Counted from the first letter of the whole stretch, positions 35,755 to 48,088 are shown. The stretch: DNA of 63,042 nucleotides, filler included, from Folioceros fuciformis (GCA_049999805.1; 34 parts of 34 records of this genome joined end to end with filler, not necessarily neighbours in it), one strand, 5' to 3'. Notes: generated by a model not told the origin, from the letters alone. Made by a program: numbers and translations.

Positions 35755-36991
35755 TGAACCTGGAAGTTGTGTAGCCCTAAATGTACTACTTAAATGGAGA
35801 CCTCGGACCTCCATAGTAAGACAGTGGTGATGTATATTGTTTTCATGGTTGTGATCACCAATACCACCCTCTCTTCTCTCCTCTCCTCTCCTATACTTGC
35901 ACGTAGACTGGAGTCGATCCTATTGACAATCCTGTCGTCAATGAGATTGCTCTCTGACCTACTGACCCTACCACCACAAGTATCTACCACCTCGCTGCGC
36001 CACCGTGACTGGGGGAAGTGGCCAGCAGCGGGCTGATGCACCGCTGGAGCATTGCTGCTCCACGGTGACGAGGAGATAGCAAATCGCCCAGCCACAGGCA
36101 GTGAGGATTAAGACAGCGGCGGGGATAGTAGCGCCGGCGAGGAGATGGCAGCGAGGATGAGGAAGTGGGACAGTGGGAATCAAGACAGCAACGGGGATGG
36201 CAGATCCAGCAACGGGACTACCGATTGGGGAGGAAATCGGGACAGGGCAGGAGGGGAACAGGGCAAGAAATCAGCGGGAAGAAGAAGAAGAAGGTAGGCC
36301 TGGCCCTGCATCGGCCGAATCCTCCATCTCGCCTCAACCTCCTCTTCTGCACACACTCAGTTCCATCACTAGCGATCCCTCCTCCTACCTGCAATGTGAA
36401 TCCAAAGAAGCAGGACAAAGAGATGGAGAGGGAAGGGGAAGAAGAGGAAGCAGGACAAGAAGGGAATGGAGGAGCAAGGGGAAAAGAGAGAAATGGGAAG
36501 GGGATGGGGGCGACCGCAACCCCTGCCCTAGCTAGGGCACGGCCTCCATGGCTGTTCAGGCTAGCCAAGCAATCAGCTAGCCTGACATCAGACCTTGATC
36601 CCTGACACTGACATACTCCACATATTCCCGTTTCTATGTTCAAACCATTATTTAATTATTTAATATTATTCTATTATTATTTAATCATTTAATGCTATAT
36701 GCCTTTAATTAATATTAAACCAATCCCCAAACCTGGATTCAAACTTTCCCAACCCTATAGCCCGGTACCAGACCTAAACTTTCCCAGGTCTAGGAGCAAA
36801 CCTATACCCACTCTTATAACCAAACCAACTATTTTCTGCTCAATTAACCTAATTAGCACAAAGAGAAATAGAAAAAATGACCAAAAAATAAAGAAAAATT
36901 AGGGAAAAATTTAGAAAAAGAAAACCAAACCATACCACTAATAACCCTTTTCCAACCAAAACAATCCACTACCCCAAACTTTGGAGGTTCA
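35755..36991 (-). mobile_element. Apparently full-length LTR of about 1237 bp (family C)
   Basis: Bounded by the inverted termini TGAACCT...AGGTTCA. A second copy lies at 23221-24072. No target-site duplication seen. Confidence 0.7.
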
Positions 36992-37619
36992 TGCTAGCAG
37001 CTATGCTCTTTGTTATGAAATCAAGAGTGCTGCTACTATTTCTTGTCGAATTTGATTCCTCAGGTTGGCAAGGGGNNNNNNNNNNNNNNNNNNNNNNNNN
37101 NNNNNNNNNNNNNNNNNNNTTAATTAATTAANNNNNNNNNNNNNNNNNNNNNNNNNNNNNNNNNNNNNNNNNNNNATCGACCCCACTTGCTTTGGTTGTT
37201 GACGCAGTGTTATGTCGCACGCGTCGAGATGCCCCGCCAGAGTCTGAGGGAGTCTTCTCGTGATTTTCTCCTTTTAATCTGGCACGCGTTGCTTTGAAGA
37301 CGTGGTACTGCTATCGCCTTTCGCTTATACCTTGCGCGTGGAGTGAAGGCCGAGACTTGAAAGCTGATCTCGTTTTTATGAGTCCCGTTTATAATACAGC
37401 CTAGGTTATGTGGGAGTATGAAAAATATACGTTTTAGTATATATGTTTAACCTAGGTGTATTAGGTTTAGACTATATAAATTACACTTTTGTTTATTTCA
37501 ATAATGGAATCCATTTTATGATTTTAAGCTTGCTGGCTCTCACACACACATAATGTCAAGCTGCCTTGACACTTTTCTAGCATTTCTTATTTTTCTTAAA
37601 GACCCATTGTCAAGGGGCC

Positions 37620-38589
37620 AAGGTGCATTTGCTGGCCTGTGAAGGGGAAGAAGAGGAGTGGTCGGTGGAGGACTCCTACCAAATTCAGGAGTTTTCCCAA
37701 GGGCAGCAATATTCCAAGACAGCCCATCCTTCCATTCTTTGAAATCCTATGGGCACGGGAGGTCGTAGCAACCAGGTGGGGAGAGTTGCTGGTCAAGTAG
37801 CGGGGGTTGTCCAATGCTATAATTGTCGAGGATTTGGACACAATGCCAACAACTGTCCATCAGCAACTAGGCAGGCCAATGGAGACTACGATAGGTTGTG
37901 CCAGGACTGCAAACAGCAGGGGCACGTGGCGGGCAGCGTGCTTTGTCAGAACCCGAGGAAGAGCGTGAGGATTACTCAGCCAGCGGTGACAAGGGTGCTG
38001 CAAGCAGCACCTCAAGAGGCTGCAACGACCATGCACGTGGAGGATGCCCTCATGGCTGTTTGGGAGGAGGCCGAGGCCAAGGTGCTTAAGGGGCTAGAAG
38101 GGTTGGACAGCACTAAGGAGGGTTACTATGGGGAGGCTGCAGCCATGGTAGTATGTACTCGCAGTGGGAAGAGAAGGGGGAGGCAGCGGGGTGCCAAGAA
38201 GAAGGGGAAGGAAGTGGAATCTACTGCAGGATCGGAGGAGGAGAAGGGCACCCTAAATGTGGAGGAATCATGTCGGGAGAAAGGAGACCAGGAAGGGCAG
38301 ACCCCCAAGGAGGAAAAATCAAGGGCTGGAGAGGGAGCAGCTCCAGCAAAGGGGGGAAACCTGGAATTTCCTCCAGATGTGAGGGAAGAGGTACTAGATA
38401 TGATCCAGGAGGAGCTGGATAGGGCAGCAAAGGAGTCAGCACCTGTGGCTGCAAGTTTGCCACCTAGGGAGGTGGCAGCGGTGACCAAAGGCACCAATGG
38501 GGCTGTCTAGAAGCCATTTGATTTGGCTGGAGCCATCATGGACCAGCAATTTGCTGTTACCTTTGGTCAGCTCCTGAAGGATAACCCTA
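37620..38589 (+). mobile_element. Gypsy-type gag fragment related to 25160-25680
   Basis: CYNCRGFGHNANNC, CQDCKQQGHVAGSVLC, VCTRSG linker. Confidence 0.8.
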
Positions 38590-38689
38590 NNNNNNNNNNN
38601 NNNNNNNNNNNNNNNNNNNNNNNNNNNNNNNNNTTAATTAATTAANNNNNNNNNNNNNNNNNNNNNNNNNNNNNNNNNNNNNNNNNNNN

Positions 38690-39690
38690 TCCTCCCGATT
38701 CGTCCCCGGACCTGATCACGGAGCGCCCACCACCTACACCCGCACCCCAGGTTGCTACGTGCGCTCGCTTGCCTGGACCTCCTGTCCAGCAACGGCCATC
38801 GCTAGGTTCCTGCAAGGTCGACTGCTCGGCTGGTGTTTTGCTACTTCCTTAGGCCCTCAAACCGGCCTCTTGTACATGGTGATGGCAGTTTTTCCGCCAT
38901 AAAGTCTGTCAGGCAAGGGTGTTGCGCTCTTAAATTCTGAGCGACTTAGGTCCAAAAAAAGCATGCTAAAAAAACTATTCTAGCCTGCATTTACTATCGC
39001 CCTGTCCTGCGCCGCTGGCGGCTTCCTCCTGGCCTTCGCACGCCACCCCTCGCTGCTCCTCCTCTCGCTCTTCTACCCCTCCGTTGATCCAGCAGGTCCT
39101 CCCAGAGGATCTCCACATCATTGCTGCTGCTGCTGGGCCTGGCTGGCGGTGCAGGTGGGTCCCACCACTATGGTCCACCACCCCTCCTCCTTCTCTGGTT
39201 GCTGAGAACAGCCACAGGCCCCCGTTCTACCCAGCGCTGGGCCTCCTCTTCCGTCAGTTCCTCCAGAATTGCCTCCGCATAGCAGTGGGGCAGTCCTGTC
39301 ACCCACCATTTGTAGTGGTAGAGTCCCATGCGCGTCCTCAACTGCAGGACGTAGCCCCGCGTCCCTCCTGTGCCCATACGTACATACAAAAACAGCTTCA
39401 GAACTCTGGCCCCTTCTACATACAGGCCTGGCACATAGGAGGCCTCCTCCTCTCACACCCTACGCCGTCTCTCCCTTCGTCTTGGCGCTTTCTCCTCTTC
39501 TAGCCGCTTCACGCTTCAAGTTACTCCCTCTCCCCGTACTTTCGGATGCTGGACAGAGCTCCCCTTTCTCTAGGGTTTTTATACCCTGCCTGCTTTCTCC
39601 CCTTACGCCCGTCGGGCTACCTCCAGTCGTCCCTCCGGTAACGGTTGCCCTGCCGGCTACCGTTGCCCCGTCACCTCGGGCCCTTACTTT
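38690..39690. mobile_element. Composite LTR/UTR repeat sequence
   Basis: 38690-38801 matches 60158-60271. 39283-39690 matches 31337-31858. Confidence 0.7.
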
Positions 39691-39790
39691 NNNNNNNNNN
39701 NNNNNNNNNNNNNNNNNNNNNNNNNNNNNNNNNNTTAATTAATTAANNNNNNNNNNNNNNNNNNNNNNNNNNNNNNNNNNNNNNNNNNNN

Positions 39791-39947
39791 CTCCTCTCCT
39801 CTCCTAAATGTTCCTCTCCTCAATGCTCCTAAATGCTCCTCTCCTCTCCTAAATGTTCCTCTCCTCAATGCTCCTAAATGCTCCTCTCCTCTCCTCTCCT
39901 AAATGTTCCTCTCCTCAATGCTCCTAAATGCTCCTCTCCTCTCCTCT
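39791..39947. repeat. Pyrimidine-rich tandem repeat, unit about 45-50 bp, about 3 copies
   Basis: Unit CTCCTCTCCTCTCCTAAATGTTCCTCTCCTCAATGCTCCTAAATG. Confidence 0.9.
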
Positions 39948-40099
39948 TAAGGTGCAAGCTAGTTAAGGGCGGGTGCAGGCAAGTCAAGGGCCGGTGCAGG
40001 CACGTAAAGGGCCTCCTCTTAGGGTGCAGGCCTTGGCGCAGGTCAAGTGCCTCCTCTTAGGGTGCAAGCCTTGGTGTATGCCAAGGTTAGCCGTTCATC

Positions 40100-41029
40100 A
40101 TGGCTCCTAATTCTTGACGCTTGGAGGCTATTAGCCTCATTCAAAAGGTTATAGGAATTTTGGCTGCAGACTCTAATCCTCTTACTAAAGGCAAGAAAAA
40201 CAAGGCGAAGCTGGCCTTCGAGAATGCGGTGGAGTCACTAACACGGGAGGCCAATATTTTGGAAGCTATCCAACAACAGGTGCTTACAGTTAATGAAGAA
40301 CTCAAACAAGTTATTCGGTCCTCTTCTAATGAAGTCAAATATGAGTTCAAGGTTTCTCGCCCTTCCTCTTATGCTGCTGCGGTCCACTCTCATGGTGGCA
40401 GTCCTTCCCCCCCAAGGCCGATCCCAACTATGGAGGAGCGATTGTTTGTCAGATTTAAGGACGGGGACTATCCCCAGGATTTATCATATGTGGACTTGAA
40501 GGGTAAAATTAATGGGGCTCTCCTGGCAGCAGATGCTGGGCCAGTTAAAATTCAAGCAGTTCAAAAGTTTCACACATTGCTTGGTATCATTGTGGAGTCA
40601 GAAGCCGTGCATGATACAGTTTTTGCGACAGATCCTGTTTGGGGCCCAAAGGCTTTTTCATCCTTCTCCGACGTCTCAACTCCACGTATTCGTCACCAAA
40701 TTCTGGTTCATGATGTCCCAGTCAACTTATCAATGGAGGAATTCAAGGAAGAAGTTCTCGAAGACAATTACATCACCTTCGAAGATGAGCCTCGATGGCT
40801 CCTCCGGGATCTTTCTACCAAGCGGCATTCTTTAGTTTTGGTATCCCTTCCCGACGATGATTCTGCATCTGCAATTCTTCGGCACGGCCTTACTTTGCAG
40901 GGGCGCATGCTGCGGGTGACACCTTTTGTACCCAATGCCCACCCTACTCAATGCTTCCGGTGTCAACGTTTTGGACACACTTAGACCTTCTGCAGGAGCG
41001 CGGAGCGATGCTTGAACTGTGGTGGGCCT
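40100..41029 (+). mobile_element. Non-LTR retrotransposon (LINE) ORF1, degenerate, 3' truncated
   Basis: Coiled-coil-like segment, SYAAAV, ILVHDVP, then QCFRCQRFGHT*TFCRSAERCLNCGG knuckles. Stops at 40115 and 40982. Confidence 0.8.
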
Positions 41030-42168
41030 NNNNNNNNNNNNNNNNNNNNNNNNNNNNNNNNNNNNNNNNNNNNTTAATTAATTAANNNNNNNNNNNNNNN
41101 NNNNNNNNNNNNNNNNNNNNNNNNNNNNNGTGGCCGGATCCGCAAGGGCTAAATGATTTGCAGGCTGGCTGAAGTGAAGGAACAGGACCGTGAGCTGGAG
41201 GGCTATCCAGTCCTAGTGTCCACACTATGCTTGGAGGCTGTAGGGAGTGAAGCCATTGTGTCCCAATTTCCAGGAGCGGCTGAAGAAAAGAGAGGAAGAG
41301 TTGGAGTGAAATGCATAGAAGTGAAGAGTGAGCTGCTGGAGTGCAGGAATGTGTGTTGAAGTAGAGGGTGGAGGACTGAAGTGAAGAGGGAGGGACTGAA
41401 GTGGGAATCCCAGCCTCCACAGCCACCCGTTCCTGCCAATCTCTCGAGTGGGAATTACTGCTGTGCCACCCTCCAGCAATGTACACATTGCTCCAGGACT
41501 CGATTCATGGCCAACATTGGGACTCCGTGCCTCGTCCTCATCGGACTCAGCACCTAGCTCCTGAGCGACGCCGCCCGTGGCTGGTGCAGTGGCCTGCCGG
41601 GGTCCGCGGTCTTCTCCGTCATGCCTAGATGCATGGGCCGGCCCAAGTAGCTCGAGAAGCAGGCCACTTCCTGCCTCGTAGCTCCGCCCTCCAGATGTCT
41701 TGCCACAGCGGCGATGCTGAATCCAACGTGAGCCCGGGCTGTACACATCGTGTGGCCCTCCTCCAGTCGCCGCCGGGATAGCCTTCCCCGCGACTTCAAT
41801 CCCGGTGGATTGCGCTCAGTGCTTCAAGATCGGGGCAGTCCGGTGCCACATCTCCCTGAAGGAACGATCTTCAGGTCAAGGCTTGCACCCAGGAACGATG
41901 GGTCAGAACGATGGAGTAGTATTAGCTAACAAGCACCGGCTCCTCCTCCAGTCTGAAATCCAGGGCCTTGGTGCTGGCCGCCTGCTAGTGTAGGAAGAGC
42001 AGATGCCAAAATGGCCGTGGGGCTGTTGCTGTTACCGCTGCTTCCTCCAGCGAATCGTCCTCTTAAACGATTCGCAGAACCACCAGCGTGGTGAAGACGT
42101 TGCCGACCAGTTTCACGACTGGGAGTATACCAGAGATTTGGCTTTGCGCTGTTGGGCGCTTTCACATT

Positions 42169-42329
42169 CCAGCCATCGCTGTGTGTGATCTCCACAAGGT
42201 AGCCATACCCGCTGGGTTCCCATCCCGTGAACGCGACTTCCCCGGCATCCGCAGCGAGGTGGGGGCGGCCAAGTCGACACCGTTGTGGTGCCTACCCCAT
42301 AGAGGCCCGAATCTCGAGCTGATCTCCCA
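42169..42329 (-). pseudogene. Peptidase M23 (LytM/NlpD/DipM-like) domain fragment
   Basis: EISSRFGPLWGRHHNGVDLAAP / LAADAGEVAFTGWEPSGYGYLVEITHSDGW, with the HxxxD motif. Frameshift/deletion near 42259; homology ends before the second His motif. Confidence 0.8.
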
Positions 42330-42572
42330 CACCTAAGCATCCCCCGCCACGGACATGGAACCAGCGGATGCAGCCAATGCCACCGCCCTACCCTTGTCCA
42401 GCACCTGCATCACCTTGCTGCAAGCACCGTTGTAGGAGTAACGCTACAGGTGGGGTCTTCTGTCGCGGTCACNNNNNNNNNNNNNNNNNNNNNNNNNNNN
42501 NNNNNNNNNNNNNNNNTTAATTAATTAANNNNNNNNNNNNNNNNNNNNNNNNNNNNNNNNNNNNNNNNNNNN

Positions 42573-42790
42573 TATATATGGATTAGTTGTCTTGGTAGAC
42601 AATACTATATATGGATTAGCAGTCTTGGTAGACAATACTATATATGGATTAGCAGTCTTGGTAGACAATACTATATATGGATTAGCAGTCTTGGTAGACA
42701 ATACCATATAGGGATTAGCAGTTTTGGTAGACAATACTATATATGGATTAGCAGTCTTGGTAGACAATACTATATAGGGATTAGTGGTCA
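42573..42790. repeat. 33-bp minisatellite, at least 6.5 copies
   Basis: Unit TATATATGGATTAGCAGTCTTGGTAGACAATAC, contiguous with no spacers. Confidence 0.95.
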
Positions 42791-43094
42791 TGGATCACAA
42801 TAGCATACATGGATTAGTCTTGAATGATAATAGTAGATAGGGATTAATGGTATTATTCAGGAATATCACTTTGAGAAGATTCCTTTTTTAGCTAATATAT
42901 ACATATTTGAATGTTCTCTAATATATAAAAGGACTAGTTAGGTACTAAACTTCAATTTTCAATTCATAGCTCTATGTTAATGTTACTGGTAGACTTTGAT
43001 CTTTGTTTTATGAGCGTATCTTGTCCACAACTTTTGACCCTAAAACCTAAACCCTTCTTTGATGTATCTTGCCGTCTACCCATACTTCTCGTTT

Positions 43095-43682
43095 ATGGTG
43101 ATGGACTTGAATAAGATGGACATGATATACTTCAAAACCAACATATGGGTCATCATATTGTTTTTTGTGTTATATTCTTCAAATATGTATTTTATCAAAC
43201 CAACATCAGCATTCAATATTACTTCGTTGTTTATCTTTGGAGATTCAACTGTGGATGTAGGTAACAATAATCTGCGAAATACATCGAACAAAGCAAACTT
43301 TGTTCCTTACGGAGAGAATTTTGATTCTCACACACCAACGGGTAGATTTTGTGACGGACGCTTGACAATCGATTATCTAGCAGATTATTTGAGGCTTAGT
43401 GGATATCCCTCAGCATATAGTGACCGTTTAGATAATTATGCCTTAGGACCAGGCATTAATTTTGCATCTGCTGGGGCAAAAGCAATTATACCTGCGGATA
43501 TGTGGGATGATAATGAAGAAAGCTTACATTTCCCAGACCAAATAAAGTTATTCCAAAGAAGTATTATAAAAGATTTAACAAATTATCTTGGAGAATCAAC
43601 AAATGCAGTTGCCCAATTGTTAGGTCAATCTATATTTTATATTTCAATTGGAAGTGATGATTGGATCAATTATGTTCTACAT
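43095..43682 (+). CDS. GDSL/SGNH esterase-lipase, 3' truncated, no introns in the visible part
   Basis: LFIFGDSTVDVGNN, PYG, PTGRFCDGRLTIDYLA, GINFASAGA, ISIGSDD, preceded by a hydrophobic leader. Start codon uncertain. Confidence 0.9.
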
Positions 43683-43930
43683 NNNNNNNNNNNNNNNNNN
43701 NNNNNNNNNNNNNNNNNNNNNNNNNNTTAATTAATTAANNNNNNNNNNNNNNNNNNNNNNNNNNNNNNNNNNNNNNNNNNNNGGACCATACCGCCACGGC
43801 CAGGCCGGGCCCGGCCTGGCCCGCGATATTTTGAGCTCCATGTGGACCCGAATCTACCGGCAAGAAGTGGGTGCTCTCCCAAATCGGGCCCCGGACTCCA
43901 CGCCCTAGCGCAAATTCCAAATCTCAACAC

Positions 43931-43970
43931 CTCGCATTCGCATTCGCATTCGCATTCGCATTCGCATTTG

Positions 43971-44004
<34 letters not shown>

Positions 44005-44811
44005 TTTTTTTACCTACCTACCAACCGCTTACTTACCACGGCCCCCCTGTGTACTAGTCTAGTAGTACATATTACCTACCGACCTGAACCTGGGCTTCCG
44101 TTCCTTCCGGGAGCGTTCGTACATGTATGTATGTCGCGCTGGGCAAATCCTATGCCGAGTTAATGTACAGACATACAGACATACATGCATACATACATAC
44201 ATGGATAGAGAGGCTGCATCACTGACTAGGCCGGAGGGGGTCCCGGGAGCAGGGTGCGCCGGGTAGGGGGGCCATATCTTGAACTTGTCCCCTCTGTACT
44301 GACAAGCTTCCCCCATCCCGGATGGGCCGGGCCGGGCAGGGCAGGGCAAGGCAAGGCAAGGCAGGGCAAGGCCGGGCCCCGCCCCCACTCACCGGCCCCG
44401 ACTCCGGCTCCGACTCCCAGTGCCAAAAGGGTATGGCCCACCTGGCGCACCCGATTGCCGCGTGCAGGGCCAGCATCTCACGGCTCCTGCTCAACTCGCT
44501 GCGATGCCGTCCACTGCACCTCTCCATCGCACGGTGCGCCAACTCCGCGTCCTCCAGCCTCTCACACTGCACTGCGCTGCATCGGATTGCATTGCGCTGC
44601 GCTTACGCACCACATTTCCGGGAAACCAAATCCTGGCCAGCGCCAATAACCTGCTCGCCTCCTTCCCTGGCACCTTCCCGCCAAGAAGCCAAAGGGGACG
44701 GGACGGGACGGGACGGGACGGAACGTAGATGACGGAACGGGAACGCACTTCCTTCCTTCCACGCCCGTGAAGCTCTCCATCCAGTAGCAACAGCAACAGC
44801 AGCAGCAGCAA
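43931..44811. repeat. Cluster of microsatellites
   Basis: (TCGCAT)n, (AC)n, (ACAT)n, (GGCAR)n, (GGGAC)n and (AGC)n within 900 bp. Confidence 0.9.
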
Positions 44812-45005
44812 GGGCTCGCAAGGCGGACTTGGCAAATCCATGTCACGCGAATTGGAATGCAGATCTGGAGTGGTAGCTGCCGCTCCGCCTCGCCCTGGCG
44901 CCTGCNNNNNNNNNNNNNNNNNNNNNNNNNNNNNNNNNNNNNNNNNNNNTTAATTAATTAANNNNNNNNNNNNNNNNNNNNNNNNNNNNNNNNNNNNNNN
45001 NNNNN

Positions 45006-45126
45006 TAGGGAGATGTAGGTAACCTTGACATTAGTTCACTCCCTTGGGAGCGAATCATAAGACTGCAACGATAATAAGGGGAAGTGTGGCCCCTTGGTGG
45101 TTCTTGGGTGCAAGTTTCACTCCACA
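45006..45126 (-). mobile_element. LTR family F terminus
   Basis: Matches 794-900. Confidence 0.75.
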
Positions 45127-45945
45127 ATAAGTGCAACCTCTCTACGTGTAACAGACTGTCTAACATAATGAAGATGCAGACTATGTGCTTTGTACATGCG
45201 TGGTAAACAGGATTACTGGCCAGAAGTAGTGCCGACTGGTTGTCGCAGTACATTGGCGTTGGTTCAGTCTGCTCTTGAGAAATATCAGCCAGGAGCCTGC
45301 GATTGGCGACAGCCTCCTTGCAGCTCTCTGCAGCTGCTCCGTACTCAGCTTCTGTTGTGGAGGTGCTGACGAAGGTCTGCTTCTTCGACTGCCAGGAAAC
45401 TGCCGCTCCAGCAAGAGTGAAACAGTAAGCAGACACTGACCTTCGTGTGTCTGGATCACCTCCCCAGTCAGCATCTATGTAGCCTTGCAGAAACAAAGTC
45501 TTGACTGTTGGATCTTTGCGATATCGAAGTCCATAGTTTCTGGTACCCTTAAGATACCTCATGACTCGTTTTTCTGCTGTCCAGTGAGTGCTGCCAGGGT
45601 CTTCAACAAACTGAGCAAGGATGCCGCAGGGTTGGCTCAGGTCGAACCTCGTTTTGATTGACATGTATAGGGCAAACCCCACAAATTTTCTGTAGGGAAC
45701 TGCCAGCATGGTGGCTCTGTCTTCCTCAGTTTTGGGACAGTCCAGCTTGGACAGTCGAGTCCCAGTGGCCATTGGTGTACTGACTAGCTTTGCATCTTCC
45801 ATGTTGAATGTTCTGAGCATCAAGTCTACATAGTGTGCTTGATGCAGTAGCACACATTGTTCCTTTGGAACTAACAGCACTTGCACTCCCAAGAAGAATT
45901 GGATGACTCCAAGATCTGTCATTTCAAAGTGTTTGCACAGCAGTC
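45127..45945 (-). mobile_element. Copia RT C-terminus and RNase H, degenerate
   Basis: FEMTDLG..FLG, GYIDADWGGD, STSTTEAEY, YCDNQSA. Confidence 0.92.
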
Positions 45946-46380
45946 TTTTTGACCTTTGGCAGTAGCCAAAGGTCAAAAGTCTTTTGACTTTTGAACGTAG
46001 CCCGTGCATTCACATGGTTACGAAGGCAGCGCAAGCCACCCACCGAACTCGAGTACGAAGCGTGCCGGAGCCGAGAATAATGGCAACGATCCTCCTGTAC
46101 ACCATTACTTTGGCAATCGTCCAGCTTTCTTGTTTCACGATCATCTAGCTACTGTTGAACATCGCCATGTCGACAGCTAGTGTGACGAATCCGCTACAGA
46201 GCAAACCAGAGACAAAGGCAAGAGGGCGGAGGGCTGCCCGGCAGAGGACACCATCGCCACCAGCTCAGAGGAGTTAGAGATTCAGCTCGGATGAGCCTGC
46301 TGACGGCTGGGACAAGTGTAACCTCGTGGGGCAGTCCATGTCCTTGAGATAGTATACCATGAGCTTGGACGTGAGGTTGC

Positions 46381-46520
46381 GATGGAGAAGGGTGTGGAGG
46401 CAAAACCCCGGGCTCTGATTGCCAACGGGTTCCACCTTTAGTGGCCACACTTATCCCACTATCGTTGAGACATTGGGTTTCGTTCCCACGAAGGAGCGAT
46501 GGGGTTCCTTGCTGCTGTGG
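46381..46520 (+). mobile_element. Polypurine tract plus start of a family B LTR
   Basis: GATGGAGAAGGG followed by TGTGGAGGC at 46393. Confidence 0.75.
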
Positions 46521-46620
46521 NNNNNNNNNNNNNNNNNNNNNNNNNNNNNNNNNNNNNNNNNNNNTTAATTAATTAANNNNNNNNNNNNNNNNNNNNNNNN
46601 NNNNNNNNNNNNNNNNNNNN

Positions 46621-47708
46621 ATACGGGGCCCTTTCTCGTGCTGGAAAAGAGGTCATTTCTGCCCGCATTACTCTGGCCGACATAGGGCAGGCGTAGACAA
46701 AAGCGACAATGTTTTGCTCGGATAGCCAGTCCGCAATCACCCTGGCAAGCAACACTCGCTTCCACTCCCGTACGCGGCATATAGAGGTGGCACAACATTT
46801 CGTTTAACATCTCATACAGACAAACCAAGTGAAGCTGAAATTTGTCAGCACTGAAGATAACATTGCTGATCTCCTCACCAAAGCGCTACCAAAGCATAGA
46901 CATTTCATGCTCTTGGCTAAGCTAGGGTTACGAGATCTTACTGTGGAGGAAGGGTGTAGGAACCCAAAGTAGCCAAGCTGGAATGAAGAACGAGCTATCT
47001 CCAGCTATGTTTTAAGCCGATTCTCCCAAGGCTCATACGTCAATATGAGATTGCCATGCTAGTTGATGGTAGCTTTTGTCAAGCAGCATAGAGAACTTTG
47101 AACAACCTTGAGTCCTCGTGATATCTGGGTTTACTGGCAGTCCCCGAACACGGCACAACTCACAGTGGAGCTCTCTCAATTTTGAGAATGATCTCCTCCT
47201 CGCTCGCTGGCTTACGGAGATGCCGAAGGCAACGCAGCAGTTTATCGTGGTGGAATGTTACCCCGATGATGAAGAACGCAATCACCAGAGTAAGCGTAGT
47301 CATAGTGTCAAAGATTTCAAGGGAGATCGTCATGCCGCCAAACGCGCCGACACAAGCAAGTCTAAGTTAAGGTTATGCTCAGGGCTGAGTGGGAGAATGA
47401 AAGCTAGCTATTAGCAGCCCTGGCATTTAGGGCACGTTTAGCTAATTAGCATATTTAGATATATTAGATATTAAGATATAAACAATCATAACTGCTTTAG
47501 TCCTTCCGAGTCTCGTGAACACCAATGGTCGTGCCGATACACAAGTCCGTGCACAAAAAGCACATTGCTCAATGTAATTTACACGCATAATTCAATTCCG
47601 CTACGTATGAGCATTGACTTAGTGGAGATAGGACCCTGTTGTATTCATTGTGATGGTGCTCATATATGTGCTTGGGACTGGCCAAGAAATAGGCGTCCCT
47701 ACCCAACA
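46621..47708 (+). mobile_element. Copia RNase H end, polypurine tract and probable 3' LTR (about 46955-47708)
   Basis: SDSQSAI..FHSRTRHIEV..NIADLLTKAL; GGAGGAAGGG followed by TGTAGG; candidate end CCCAACA. Confidence 0.8.
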
Positions 47709-47969
47709 ACCAAGGTTGTTGGGCCGTTAAATGTTTGTTAAAACTAGTTATTCCTAAGTAAAATGCTTAATCCTTGTTTAACGGCTAGTTAACCTAGGGG
47801 TATTTACCGATTCGATTTAATGGCTACACAAAGTTATATTAGTCCAAAACTCATCTTCAACCTTGTTGTCTGTCCCGTTAGGAGATTCTTGTTAGGTACC
47901 TTTTGGATGGGTTCCTGCTACCCCATCCGGTTATGGCTGGAGGTGGCTTCATTCCCGTTAGCTACACAA

Positions 47970-48088
47970 GTAGATTGGCCATGACGGTGCATGTGTCATG
48001 CTTCTACTACTCCTATGCAACAAACAAACGTAGATTGGCCATGGCTGTGCATGTGTCATGCTTCTACTACTCCTATGCAACAAACAAA
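47970..48088. repeat. 60-bp tandem duplication
   Basis: GTAGATTGGCCATG..GTGCATGTGTCATGCTTCTACTACTCCTATGCAACAAACAA x2. Confidence 0.9.

Noticed and set aside
42573-42790. 33-bp repeat as a CRISPR array, or the TKTANPYIVLS repeat protein
   Set aside because: The units are contiguous with no unique spacers and no cas genes. The ORF exists only because the unit length is a multiple of 3.
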